A DNA stretch of 64,000 nt, taken from positions 372,001-436,000 of the forward strand of contig JAVKOQ020000003.1 in the NCBI GenBank assembly GCA_031835245.2. Direction: 5' to 3'. The position numbers were made by a program, and so were the translations under genes. Shown here piece by piece: positions 23,702-34,692 of this stretch. Numbering within the stretch: the first letter of the stretch is position 1; each line of letters opens with the position of its first letter. Under the pieces are notes generated by a model. It saw nothing but the letters and a program-made list of their open reading frames with translations, did no database searches and was not told the origin of the DNA. Source of the stretch: Balamuthia mandrillaris. Lineage: Eukaryota.

Positions 23702-25580
23702 GGTGAAGGACGCTCATGAAATCTGTGAGGGGTTGTTCCTGGGGTCGGTCGTCAGCGGAAAGGACCTGAAGGGCATCACGGAGGCTGGCATCACGGCTGT
23801 GCTTATCGCTGCTTGTGACATAGAACCGCATTACCCTGCCGTAAAGCTTTTTATTTTTTTTCCTTCTTGTTGTCGTTTTTTCTTGTCCTTTCTTGTCGTT
23901 TCTTTCTTTCTTTCTTGTCGAGTCTTTCGTCCTCTGATATATTTCTGTGGACGAATGGAATAGGAACTTCGTTATCTCGTCTTGCCGAGACTCTTTGACT
24001 CTCGTCTTCAAGACATTCTGTCCTATTTTGAGGAGTGCTTTGCTTTCATCGACTCTGTGCGAAACAGTGGCTCCGCTGTTCTCGTTCACTGGTTCATTTT
24101 CCTTATCCTCTTCGCACTTCTTTTCTTCTTTTTTTCTCCTCTCACACATTTATTTTTTATTTTTTTTTTTTTTTTGCGAATGATAGCATGGCAGGCGTTT
24201 CTCGGTCTGCTTCGATTGTTATCGGTTACTTGATGCGAACACTCGACATGTCCTTTTCAGACGCGTTAACAAAGACCAAAAATATAAGGCCATGTGCGTA
24301 GATACAGATCTGTATAAAAGAAGAGCAAAGAAAGAGAGAAGAATAAGAAGAAAGAAGAATATTGGAACGACTTCTGCATTAACTTTTTTTGTTTTTCGTT
24401 ATAGGGATAGATCCAAACGACGGCTTTATAAGGCAACTCCAACTTTTTGATGCAATGGGCCGTTCTTGTTCTTTCACACCGATTATGGTTACTTCCGACA
24501 AAGACAACGAGAAGAGGGCAGAAGAAAATGTGCCTGGAGATGAAGAACAAGAGGAAGATGATCAGCAGAGAAGGCGGCTAAAGGAAGCATATCTAAAGTA
24601 CCAATCATGGAAGAAAGTTACCATTCGGCAGAGGAGAATGTACGAGGCAGCACAACGATTTTCTCGTTCAGCGCGCATTGAAGCCAGTTTCTTTGCTCGT
24701 TTTCCTGCTTCTCTTTCTTCTTCTTCTAGTGCTGCTTCTTCTGCTTCTTCTACTTCTTCTCTCTCCTCTTCTGCTTATGCTGCCTCTTCCGCAGAGACGA
24801 CTTCGGAAAGAGTGTACCGGTGCAATACTTGTAAACACCCGTTATATACTGAGGAACATCTTATTCCTCACTCTCCATCCTCTTCGGTACTTTCCTGCTT
24901 CTTTTTCTTTCTCTCTTTCTCCTGCCGCTTTTGCCTCTTTATAGGCTCCTCCTGATATGTTTTTTGGTTTCTTTACAAAAAGACCACAAGTTGCAACGTT
25001 GAGTTCATTCAAGCAATAGAATGGATGTTGCATCATCCACCTCGACAGGAAAGAAGTGAAAAGGAACAAACTGAAAACACTAAAGAGGAGCAGGTGTCCT
25101 CCCCGACGAATAAAGGCGAGAAAGAATGCAGCAAAGCAAAGCATAGAACCACTTCTAACAACAACAACGGCATTGACAATGAAAAGCAGACCAAAAACAA
25201 CGATAGAAGTAGTGATAACGTGACCTATCTTTGCAAAGACGACGATGGGGAAGGTGAAGTATCACCAACATCCAAGTGGCTTGGAGTAAAGGACTTGACA
25301 CCACTTGCACGCATGAGTGGATCCTTACTCTGCCCTTGCTGCAGTACGTCTGCTTCATTTTCTCTGTGTCTCTGTCTTTTTATTTTTTGTTCTGCCTCTT
25401 CTTGTTCTCTTCATTAGTTTCTTAAGTGTATTTGAAACAAACGTAACCAAAACAGAAGAGGAAGTTGGCTATTGGAATTGGCTTGGCAATGGGTGTTACT
25501 GCGGTGAGCGCATAGAACCTGCGTTCCTCATTCGGAAGGATCGCTGTTGTTCTCCTCCTTCTCTTACAAAACAAGCTTAG
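23700..25580 (+). CDS. Dual-specificity phosphatase, DUSP12/YVH1-like, with C-terminal Zn-binding domain
   Basis: Spliced active site VHCMAGVSRS; PNDGFIRQLQLF; Cys motifs YRCNTC, GSLLCPCC, GYWNWLGNGCYCG..IEPAF. Confidence 0.85.
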
Positions 25581-25744
25581 AATTTAACTCTGTTGAGAAT
25601 TTAACCCTATTCCGCTCTACTTCTCTCTCATAGTTTACACATGCACAGATAACAAAATAATTGTTGGCAAGGGCGATGAAGAAACATAGTCTGTGTCCTC
25701 TGTTGATTGTGAAAGATGAGAAACCAGCCATGAAAAAATAAAGC

Positions 25745-25750
25745 AAAAAA
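25745..25750 (-). terminator. RNA polymerase III oligo-T terminator of the 5S gene
   Basis: T-run on the minus strand directly after the 5S 3' end. Confidence 0.85.
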
Positions 25751-25869
25751 AGGATACAGCACGATGGATTCCCGGGTGGTCACCCACCCCAGTACTAACA
25801 TCGCCTGGCGGAGCTTAACTTCGCTGATCGGACGGGAAGCGGTGCTTTCTCCGCAGTATGGCCGTATCC
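25751..25869 (-). rRNA. 5S rRNA, single dispersed copy (119 nt)
   Basis: Reverse complement GGATACGGCCATACTGCGGAGAAAGCACCG...AGTACTGGGGTGGGTGACCACCCGGGAATCC...GTATCCT; the ends pair (helix I) and internal boxes A and C are present. Confidence 0.97.
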
Positions 25870-26354
25870 GACGGAGTGCGACCTTTCTTGCAGTATGGCC
25901 CTATCCCTCAATTCTTGGGGGGTTTCGCCCTTTCCCCATCCGCGCGCTGCTCAGTGAGACCGGGAAGCAAACGCTACGAGAAGAAATGAAGTGTCCTTTC
26001 TTGGTGCACCACAACAAGGGTGTTAAAAAAGCCATGTAAATTAATAAATAAAAATAATGCTCGCTTATTATTTTTTTTAAACAGAAGAACAAAAACAAAA
26101 AAAAAAAAAACGCGCCCTAAAAGAAAGTGCACTACTTCTCTTCTGTCGTGCTCTTTTTTTTTTTTTTTTGTGTTTCGTTCATCTTGTTGTCTCCCAAGCG
26201 TCTTGTTCTTCCACCCTTGCCCAATTCTCTCCTCATCAGCCTTCGTGTGTGTACAGTTTGAAAAAAAATAATAAACAAATAAAAAAAGACCATCCCTCTG
26301 TACCACTTCTTCTTCCAACGTTGGTCGTCCTTTCTCGCTTTTGCGGGTCCTCGC

Positions 26355-27482
26355 TCACTCCTCGCCCCAAAAGTAGAGAGCGGGAGAGACGCCGTCCTTG
26401 TGAGAGGCGGTGCCTTGAAAGCCAGCGCCTAACCCCTCCCACAACTCGAACCATCCGACACTCATTCCAAACACCAGTTTGTCATTGTTGTTGTTGTTCG
26501 TGTTCGTTGTGGTATCTATATTGGCCGTCAGCGATTTGGCTTCCATTGATGTGGCTGAGCCAGCAAAGTAAGAAGAAAGAGAAGACCACCACGATGACGA
26601 AGAAGAGGCAGTTTCTTCGGTGGTTGTGGAAGCAGCTGCAGCAGCAGGAGAGGAAGGAGAGACCGAAGGAGAAGAAGGAGAAGCGGCGGAAGAAGAACGT
26701 TTCGTTTGGTCAACAAGCTCTCTTGAAGTAAACGAAGAGTGGCGATGAATGTGAGGCTGCGGGAAGCGAGCAGAAGGAGAAGGGCAAGAAGCGGGTCGTT
26801 GCTGATGATGTCTATTGTGTTTTCGCGGCGACGTTTGCTTGGTTTTGTGAAGGTGAGCTTTAGGAGAAGTGGCTTGCTCTGGGGGTTGTTCTTGTTGTTG
26901 CTGCTGTTGCTCGTGTTCTCGACGAGCCAAAGCCATGTGCTCCTCCAGCCGTTCCTCCATCTGCTTCAACTTTTGTCGGTGCTGTTGTTCCATGAAGCCC
27001 GTGCCGTCCCCAAAGTTGATCGTCATGGTGGTCGTCAGCTGTTCTCCTGCGTTTGGTGCTTCATTGTGGTTATTGTTAGCGGTGGTGAGGTCAGGAGGAA
27101 GAGTGGTGGTTGTGGTGGCGGTGATCTTTAGACAAGAGTGAAGCGGGCGTTTGTCGTCCTCCAAAGCCGGGCGTTGTGGTTCTTGCTGCGGTTGCTGCTG
27201 TTGTTGCTCTTCTTGACAGTAGGTACAAATCGGCTCAGCAAAGCTGACCCTTTTCCGCGGGCGACGCTTCTGCAGCAAAGTCATCGTCGTGGCGCCAGCG
27301 TCGGTCGAGGGCGACTCCGTTTCTGATGGAAGCTTGTCCTCTGCGGTTTGTGGCTGCTTCTCCACGGCAGAAGGGGATTGCGGGGAGGGGCGTTGTTCAG
27401 GGGGTTTCTCTTCGGCCTCGCTGCCGCTGGTGCCTTGTAGCAGAGGGAGAAGAACGACCGAGGAGGAGGAGGAAGAGGCCAT
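26355..27482 (-). CDS. Hypothetical disordered protein, possible PP1-interacting protein
   Basis: GC-rich open frame from MASSSSSS; RKRVSF (RVxF) and HSCLK motifs; 3' end uncertain. Confidence 0.55.
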   Translation of the reverse strand: MASSSSSSVVLLPLLQGTSGSEAEEKPPEQRPSPQSPSAVEKQPQTAEDKLPSETESPSTDAGATTMTLLQKRRPRKRVSFAEPICTYCQEEQQQQQPQQEPQRPALEDDKRPLHSCLKITATTTTTLPPDLTTANNNHNEAPNAGEQLTTTMTINFGDGTGFMEQQHRQKLKQMEERLEEHMALARREHEQQQQQQEQPPEQATSPKAHLHKTKQTSPRKHNRHHQQRPASCPSPSARFPQPHIHRHSSFTSRELVDQTKRSSSAASPSSPSVSPSSPAAAAASTTTEETASSSSSWWSSLSSYFAGSATSMEAKSLTANIDTTTNTNNNNNDKLVFGMSVGWFELWEGLGAGFQGTASHKDGVSPALYFWGEE

Positions 27483-28502
27483 TTGTTTTTGGTGTGTGGT
27501 ATTTTTTTTTTCTTTCAAGGGGAGAAGAGAAAAGGTCTGGGAGAATGCAGGCCTAGATGACGAAGATGGACAAAAAAACGTTTTTTTTTTCTCCAATCGA
27601 GAACAGACGCACGAAAAAAAAAATTGAGGAGGGAGTTGATTGATTTTTAAGGAAGAGGACGAGAAGAGAGAGAACGAAAGACAGCGTTTCTCTCTCTCTC
27701 TCTCTCTTCACTCTCTCAATCCCTTCCTTCTAATGTGTGTGTTTGCGTTTGTGTTTGTAGAGTTGAAAGAAAGGAGGTGGACGAAGAAGAAAATAAAAAG
27801 CAACTATGAAAATAGCAGCAATAGGAAGTAGCAGAGATGAAACCAACAAAAAAAGAGGAAAGAGGATGACTAGAAATGAGTGGTGTTGCTTCCAGATTTT
27901 TTCTCTTCTTTTTGCGTGCCACTCCTTTCTTTTCTTCTCTTTTGGGTTGTCATACGTATCAAACCGTCAAAAACAAAAAAAAAGAGCGCTGATCTCGGGG
28001 TTTGCCTTTCCGCGTGTCGCACCTTCCTGGGGCCAGCACGGCGGTATATGGGGAATTCACGGTTCACAGTTACCATGGAAAAGGTACGGAAAATGTCCAA
28101 CCTTGGTTGTCTCAGATTTTGCTGTGCGATTGGCGTTAGGTTGAGATGCGCTTTGAAATGCCTAAAAAAGGAAAGTTGTAACCATGCAATATCCCCGAAA
28201 GTCCACGTCACGTTTGAGCGAAAAGACGGCGAAATTCTACAGCATTTATCGCTTATTTGGAATAGCGGGCATGTCTGGCATAGCATTATGGGTGCGAAAA
28301 AAAGAATGTTAGGAATTCATAGAATGTGTCCACAAATACAGGAGAACAGTTTTTGCTCATGATGATTGTCACGTCGACATTGGAAAATCTCTTCACGTCG
28401 ACATCAAAACACCTGCACGGTGTACAAAGAATGTTTGAAATTCATAGAATGTGTCCACAAAAAATACGAAAAGAAAGGCAGTGATCCGTGAGAGAGAAAA
28501 AG

Positions 28503-28852
28503 ATGGCGACGCCTTTGCACAGCCCGGTCAGCCCCGCCTTGTATTCCAACCTCGCTATCTCCTTGACGGCTGTTGGCATTCTTTTTCTCGCCTACTTCCT
28601 CGTGTATGTATATCACAAAATCATCATGTGACCCTCCCCAACAAACCACCGCCACAAAAAGCTTGCTACCAACTAATCCATCATCCATTTGTTTTTTCTC
28701 TCGCTCGATTATTTTTTTTTGGCTTGTGCAGCTATGAGCTTACGACCAGAAAGAGAAATATCGGGCTGGAACTGCTGATCGCGCTCCTCTCTTCGGTATT
28801 CTTGGGCTTTGGCACCCTGTTTGTCCTCCTTTGGACCGGCGTCTACGTTTGA
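28503..28852 (+). CDS. TMEM258: TMEM258/OST5-like oligosaccharyltransferase small subunit (2 exons, intron about 28604-28731)
   Basis: Spliced peptide [18 protein letters not shown]...YE...[28 protein letters not shown] with two TM segments and the family-typical G-V-Y-V end. Confidence 0.9.
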
Positions 28853-29057
28853 AGCGCATGAGATGAAAGTCATTTGAGACGAACCGCCCTGTGCCACGAA
28901 ACCGATCGTAGTTTCTTTCTTTCATTCTTTCTCCTCTGCCACAAATAATAATAAAAAAAAAACAAAAATATCTTTTTCTTTTCGTTGTCGTTCTTTATTT
29001 TTTTAAACTTTTGTTCGATCGAAGCGACTTTACCACCACTTGTCCCTTCACATTTTT

Positions 29058-31984
29058 TCAGAAATGAAGAGACTTGTCGTACATGACAAAGGCCTCGATG
29101 GCCTCGTACTCGGGCAAGCCTAGCGCATCGTAGAGAGCGGCCGTCGCTCTGTTTCTAGCTTCGGAACGTTGCCAGAATTCACCTGATCGTTTTTTTTATT
29201 GTTGTCAAACCACTGAAGAAGAAAGAAGAAAGAAAGCGAAGGGACAAGAAGGAAGAAGGAAGAAGGGGGCGGGAAGCAGGAAGAAGGAAGGAAGGAAAAA
29301 GAAGGAAGAAGAAAGAAAGAAGAAGAGAAGGAAAAAACATACGAGAATCATTGCCGGGAAATGGGGCCACGTCCTTTTGGGACTGGTGCTTGAAGATGGC
29401 ATATCTCTTCTTCTGCAGCTCCTCCGGCGATAGCGGCACCGCCATATGTATCTTCTCCGGCTCCCACTCTTGCCACGCCCCTCGATACAGCCACACCTCC
29501 GTCCTTTGATCCACGAACCATCTTTCTTCCTCCTTTTCTTCTTCCTTCTTGCCTTCCTCCGAACGTTGTTGCAAACGATCGATGGCGGCTAAGATGGCTT
29601 GCAAGCAAACGCGATGGGTGCCGTGCGGATCGGAGAGGTCCCCTGCCGCGTAAATCTGATGCGGCTTGATGGCGTCCATCAGCCGTAGCACCAGCTGAAT
29701 GTCTTCTTCTCCCAACGGTTTCTTCCGCACCTTACCCGTCTCGTAGAACGGTAACTCCAGGTTGTGAATGCGTTCTGGGGCAACGCCGCAGTAACGAGCC
29801 GCCTCGCGTGCCTCCACGCGACGTACCAATCCTTTCACAAGTTTGAGCTCCTCGCAGTCCGGTTGGGCGGGTTGCTTGGAGGCGATGAATTGCTCGATGG
29901 TGGATTCGATGGATTGCACGCGGGAGAGAACATCTGCGGAAGAGGAGGAGATGCCAAAGAGCTTGATGAACTCAGTAGCAAAATGGGCAAAGCTGCGCGC
30001 GTGATCGTCCCATACTGTTTTGTTCAGAGTAACAAAGTCAGAAAAGGACGTGAAGAAGAGAAGAGAGAATAAAGGAAGCAGAAAAGAGGAAGTAACCTGC
30101 AATGTTGCCAGTAGTTTGGTAACAAACATGGACTTCGTGGCCTTGTTCAGCAAGGCGGATCAACGTGCCTTTGTAATTTTGGTTTTAACGCGCATAAGAG
30201 AAAGAATCGTAAACTCAATGGAAGGTGACGGGAGAAGAGTAAGAATGAACAAATGAAACAAACCTCCCATGGAGATGACATCGTCATCAGGGTGAGGAGA
30301 GAAGACGAGCACACGCTTGGGGAACGTAGCGTTTTTGCCGGTGGTAGGACCTGTGCTCTTACCTCCAGGCCAACCAGTTATAGTTCCGCTCAAGTGGCGA
30401 AAGACGCGAATGTTGATGTTATAAGCTGATCCGCGTTGCTGTTATCATTGTTAAGTTTGAACACACAGCACAGAAAGAAAGAGAAAAAAATTGACCTTAA
30501 TCAGTTGCAGAAGATGGTGCTTGCTGTAGTCTTCCTCAGTGAGCCGGAGGATTGGCTTCTTGGTGGCCAATGCCAACCTACATTACACATTCTCAGGTTA
30601 GTGCGCATCATCCTGCACAACAAGAGTTGAATTACAGGAGAAAATAACAAGGAAGCATCACGTACCAAATAACAGCTTTACGCTCCATAAAGTCATCATA
30701 ACGGAGACTACTGGCAGCTCCACCTAACATCCAAGGACACTTGAACCTCGTCAACTCAGCACCAGCTGCCTCATCTGCGACGACCACACAGTTGTCATGC
30801 TTTTGGAGGAGAGAAACCGGAACATTGGGAGTGACATCGCCTTCTACCAACGAACGGATGACTTTAGCTTTGCCCTCGCTGAATGCCATTGCTATGACTT
30901 CAGTGCTATCCAACAACCAACCCAAATCTGTTTATTTATGGAAGTAAGAGGAAAGAAGGAAAGAAGGACGGAAAGAAACAAACCCAAAGTGACTCCATGA
31001 TTGGGAACATGGTTGACGCCAAAGAAGTCGCTGGCAGCCGAAACCCTCGTTCCTTGCTCCAGTTCCACCAGCATTACTCCGCTCTTGACCGACGTCTCCC
31101 ACTTGTTCCCATTCCAGGTTCGACCCCGTCGCACCGACGGCCCTTTCTTCTTCAGCTGCTCCTGCTCTGTAGCTTTGCTCACTTCCTTGTTCGACTTTTC
31201 CTCTGGTTTTTTGCCGCTGTTGTCGGCGAAAGAGGAGGAGGAGGCTTCTCCTGGCTCATTGAAGCCAACGCGGCCACCGCTCGACATGCCGATCAAGAAG
31301 AGGTCGATGGGAAAGTGTTTGTGGAGGAGAGAGGCATACTCCTCGCACTTCTTCTCCATCTCTTCCATCGGAGCGGTACAATCCGGATAGTGCACATTTT
31401 CTGTTGGTACGGTTTTAAGCAAGTTAGCAGAAACACGTATGCAAACATTTTCGAAAAAAACAAAACAAAAGAAAAGAGAAAAGAGAAAAAAGAAAACAAA
31501 CAAAAAAAAAAAACAACAAACCAGGTAAAATGTCGACATGCTCCAGGAGGTGAGAGTGGAGCCAGTTCTGGAGGCTTTGCAGCGCGGAGGGGGCCATAGG
31601 GTAGTACTCATGCAGGGTGAAGGTGACCACGTTGCGGAAGCTGAGGCCTTCCTCCTGGTGCTGACGGACCAGCTCCTCGTAGACCCCAGCCAGAGCCGAG
31701 TCCGCGGTCAAGCCCAAAACCACCTTGCTGCTGCTGCTGCATAGCTCCTCCGATGATGCGTCGGCGGAGGAGGGCGGCGGCGTTTTGCTGCGGATGAGCT
31801 GCGCCACGTGGTTGGCCACCGATTGGGTAGCAGCGTTGCAAGGGCCGTAGACAAAGGTCGGGAGCTTTTCTTTCTGGCGGAGGTTGGTGGGCGGGGTGGA
31901 GTCCAACGGCGTCAGGAGCCCTTGGTTGGAAAGAACGGGGGCAGCCGAGTAGGAGACGCGCAAGGAAGAAGGTGGTTGTTGCAT
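29058..31984 (-). CDS. nagB: Long-form glucosamine-6-phosphate deaminase-like protein: NagB domain fused to PIG-L/LmbE-like domain
   Basis: VGFNEPG, TRVSAASDFFG, PVSLLQKH (NagB fold); SPHPDDDVISMGG, DLSDPHGTHRVC, WLYRGAWQEW, FKHQSQKD..FPG.DSREFWQR (C-terminal domain of the long NagB type). Confidence 0.88.
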
Positions 31985-32168
31985 CTCTCGCTCCGCTGCT
32001 ACCTTTTTCTTTCGTCCGGGCTCCTCCTCGTTTGGGCTTGGTGTTCCTCGTGGTGCTTTGCGGCGTTTCTTCTATTTTCTGCCCAGGGGTACCTTATATG
32101 GTATTTTGTCGACGCTACTTTACTGCTTCTAGCTCTTGTCCTGTCTCGGCGTCCACCCAAGAAATTAA

Positions 32169-32323
32169 GATTTTTGATTGGATGAAATCCATAGTTGGTG
32201 AAAATCTCATGTCCCGTCTCGTGTCTATCTCGGAGTATGATTTCTGATTGGATCAAATTCAAAGAACTTTTAGTATCTCATGTCTTGTCTCGTGTCCATC
32301 CGGAGTGCGATTTTTGATTGGAT
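32169..32323. promoter_or_regulatory. Duplicated ~50-nt unit with three GATTTYTGATTGGAT (CCAAT-box) copies in the nagB/KCTD divergent promoter
   Basis: Units at 32204-32253 and 32275-32323, plus a third ATTGG core at 32169-32183. Confidence 0.55.
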
Positions 32324-32572
32324 GAATTATCAATCGTTATAGCCAGGCGGGATTACGGACACCGGAAGTTCCAGCACAAAGCAAGAAAGAAGTGAACATC
32401 GCCATTCGTCACCCCATTTTTTTTTCTTTTCTTTTTAGTTGTTATTTTATTTTTCAGCGACAGTATAACGAGAACTTCTATTTTTATTTTATTTTTTTTT
32501 TGTGTTTTTTCGTTTGCCTCGTCTTCTTCTGAAGCTCAAAAAAAAAAAACTCAACAACACAACAAATAAACG

Positions 32573-32913
32573 ATGACGACCTCCGCTTGTTCATCGTCGT
32601 CGTCGTTCTCCTCCTCTTCCTCTTCCTCTTCTTCTTTTGGAGGAGTTTCGGGAGGAGATTGGTTGAAGTTAAATGTCGGTGGCAAAGTCTTTCACACCAC
32701 ACGGACAACCTTGGCTAATGACAAACGCAGCATGTTGGCCAAGCTTTGTGGCATCGGAGATGACGGTTCAGCGATAGAGTGGCAGACCACACGAGACTCG
32801 GAGGGGTGTTACATGATTGACAGAGACCCGGATTACTTTCAACCACTGCTGAATTATTTGAGGACTGGCAAACTTGTCATCAACGCGCCTCTCAGCCCTG
32901 CTGGTATTTGTTT

Positions 32914-32959
<46 letters not shown>

Positions 32960-33114
32960 TTTCTCTCTCTCCTGCTCTCTCTCTCTCTCTCTCTCTCTTT
33001 CCTCGTCTTCTTCTCCTCTCCTCCTTTCATGGGAAGAAAGAAGAGAGCAGGTACGACTGCGGCTGCAGCTCCTCTCTCTCTCCCTCTCCTTTCTCCCTTG
33101 CTCTCTCTCCCCTT

Positions 33115-33162
<48 letters not shown>

Positions 33163-34497
33163 CCTCTTAGCTTCTCCAAACAAAAAAAAGGAGTATTGGA
33201 GGAGGCACGCTACTACAACATTAAAGGAGCAGTAAGGCTGTTGGAGCGACGGTTGAAGAAGACCTACCACCAAGAGGACCGGCGCCAACACGTCTGCGTT
33301 ACCTACGACGAGTTTGGAGGCTTTCCTGTCACTATAGAGGGTCCTGTGGCCCCTTCTATCCTGCAAGAGCTAAACGGAGGAGTCATTCCCACCAAATCCA
33401 AGTCCAGGTCTCTCGTATGGGGTACTGGCAATGAATGGTACTAGGCGTTGTGGTTGTTGTTGGTGTCGTTGTCGTTGTTGTTGTTGTTCTTTCTTCTTTC
33501 TTCTTTGGCTTTCTCACCACTTTTTTTGTCCACAACAATAAGGCATTTGAGCAGAGGTAACTCACTGGCAAAGATATTCGATGCACTAGCAACTGAAGGA
33601 TGGAAGCTACGAACGTCATGCGGAGCCGGAGCAGGAGGAGAATGGGAGAACTCTGCTTTTGAGAATAGAAACTACATCTTCATTCTCACTCGTCGATTGC
33701 CACCTACATCCTCTTCATCTTCTGACTGTGACTTCGGCATTCATGATGATTCTTTCTTTAGCGACAGCAACGATGAAGCGGGAGATGACGACGACGGCGA
33801 TGATGGAGAAGGTTCGGAGTCGGATGGATTGTATATATCACCTTCCTCTAGTCTTTCTTCCTCCAGTCCTTCAACAGCAAACACAACAGCATCTCTTTGC
33901 ACAACAAACATTCAAACAACGTCAAACGGAGACAGCAAAGAACAAGATAGAAGGAGAAGAGCACGGGGTCGAAGCAAACAGAAAGAAAAAGCAGAAGAAG
34001 AAAAAGAAGGAGACTCCATTTCTGTAAATAATTCCAACACAGAAGAAGAAGAAAACGAAGATAAAGAAGACGAAGCAGAAGGACATCACCGGATAGTAGA
34101 AACTGAAGAAGAATCTGTCTTCTCTTCTGCTCATGAAAATCAAAGAAGAGGATGGGGCAGAGCTCATCTTCATGTTACCGGAAGCGGTCCAAACAGTGGC
34201 AATGGCAGCTCTTCCTCTCGACATGACGACAAGAAAAGAGGACAGGGGGGAAAGGAGAAAGCTAAGGACAAGAAACAAACGACATTCAAGTTGGAGAAAG
34301 CAGAAAAGAAAAAGGTCAAACGGAAAGAAAAAGAAGAACGGAAACGCCGAGCATTGTCCTCTAGTTCCTCTTCTTCTGGTTATTCTTCTTCTGGAAGTGA
34401 TGGAAGCGGTGGAGGGACTGGAAGTGTTTCTTTGAGAAGTGGTAGAAGGGCTATTGTAAGCAAAACTCGTTCTATTGCTTCTTCTTCAGGGACATAA
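32573..34497 (+). CDS. KCTD-like BTB/POZ (T1) domain protein with disordered tail
   Basis: LKLNVGGKVFHTTRTTL..SMLAKL..IDRDPDYFQPLLNYLRTG..VLEEARYY; second domain LATEGWKL; introns filled with CT repeats. Confidence 0.85.
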
Positions 34498-34692
34498 AAG
34501 TTTCTTCATTTAACACGTTTACACAAGTTTAGCGAGGAGAAGCCATACCATTACTGATATTATTATTTTTATTCTTCTGACTTTTTATACAAGATACTTT
34601 TACTTCTTACAACAATCCAGGAAAATTATAGAAACCAGTGGACGCCCTTGCGATGGGAAGTCACAAAGTTGCTTCCAATGAAGACAGGAGGC

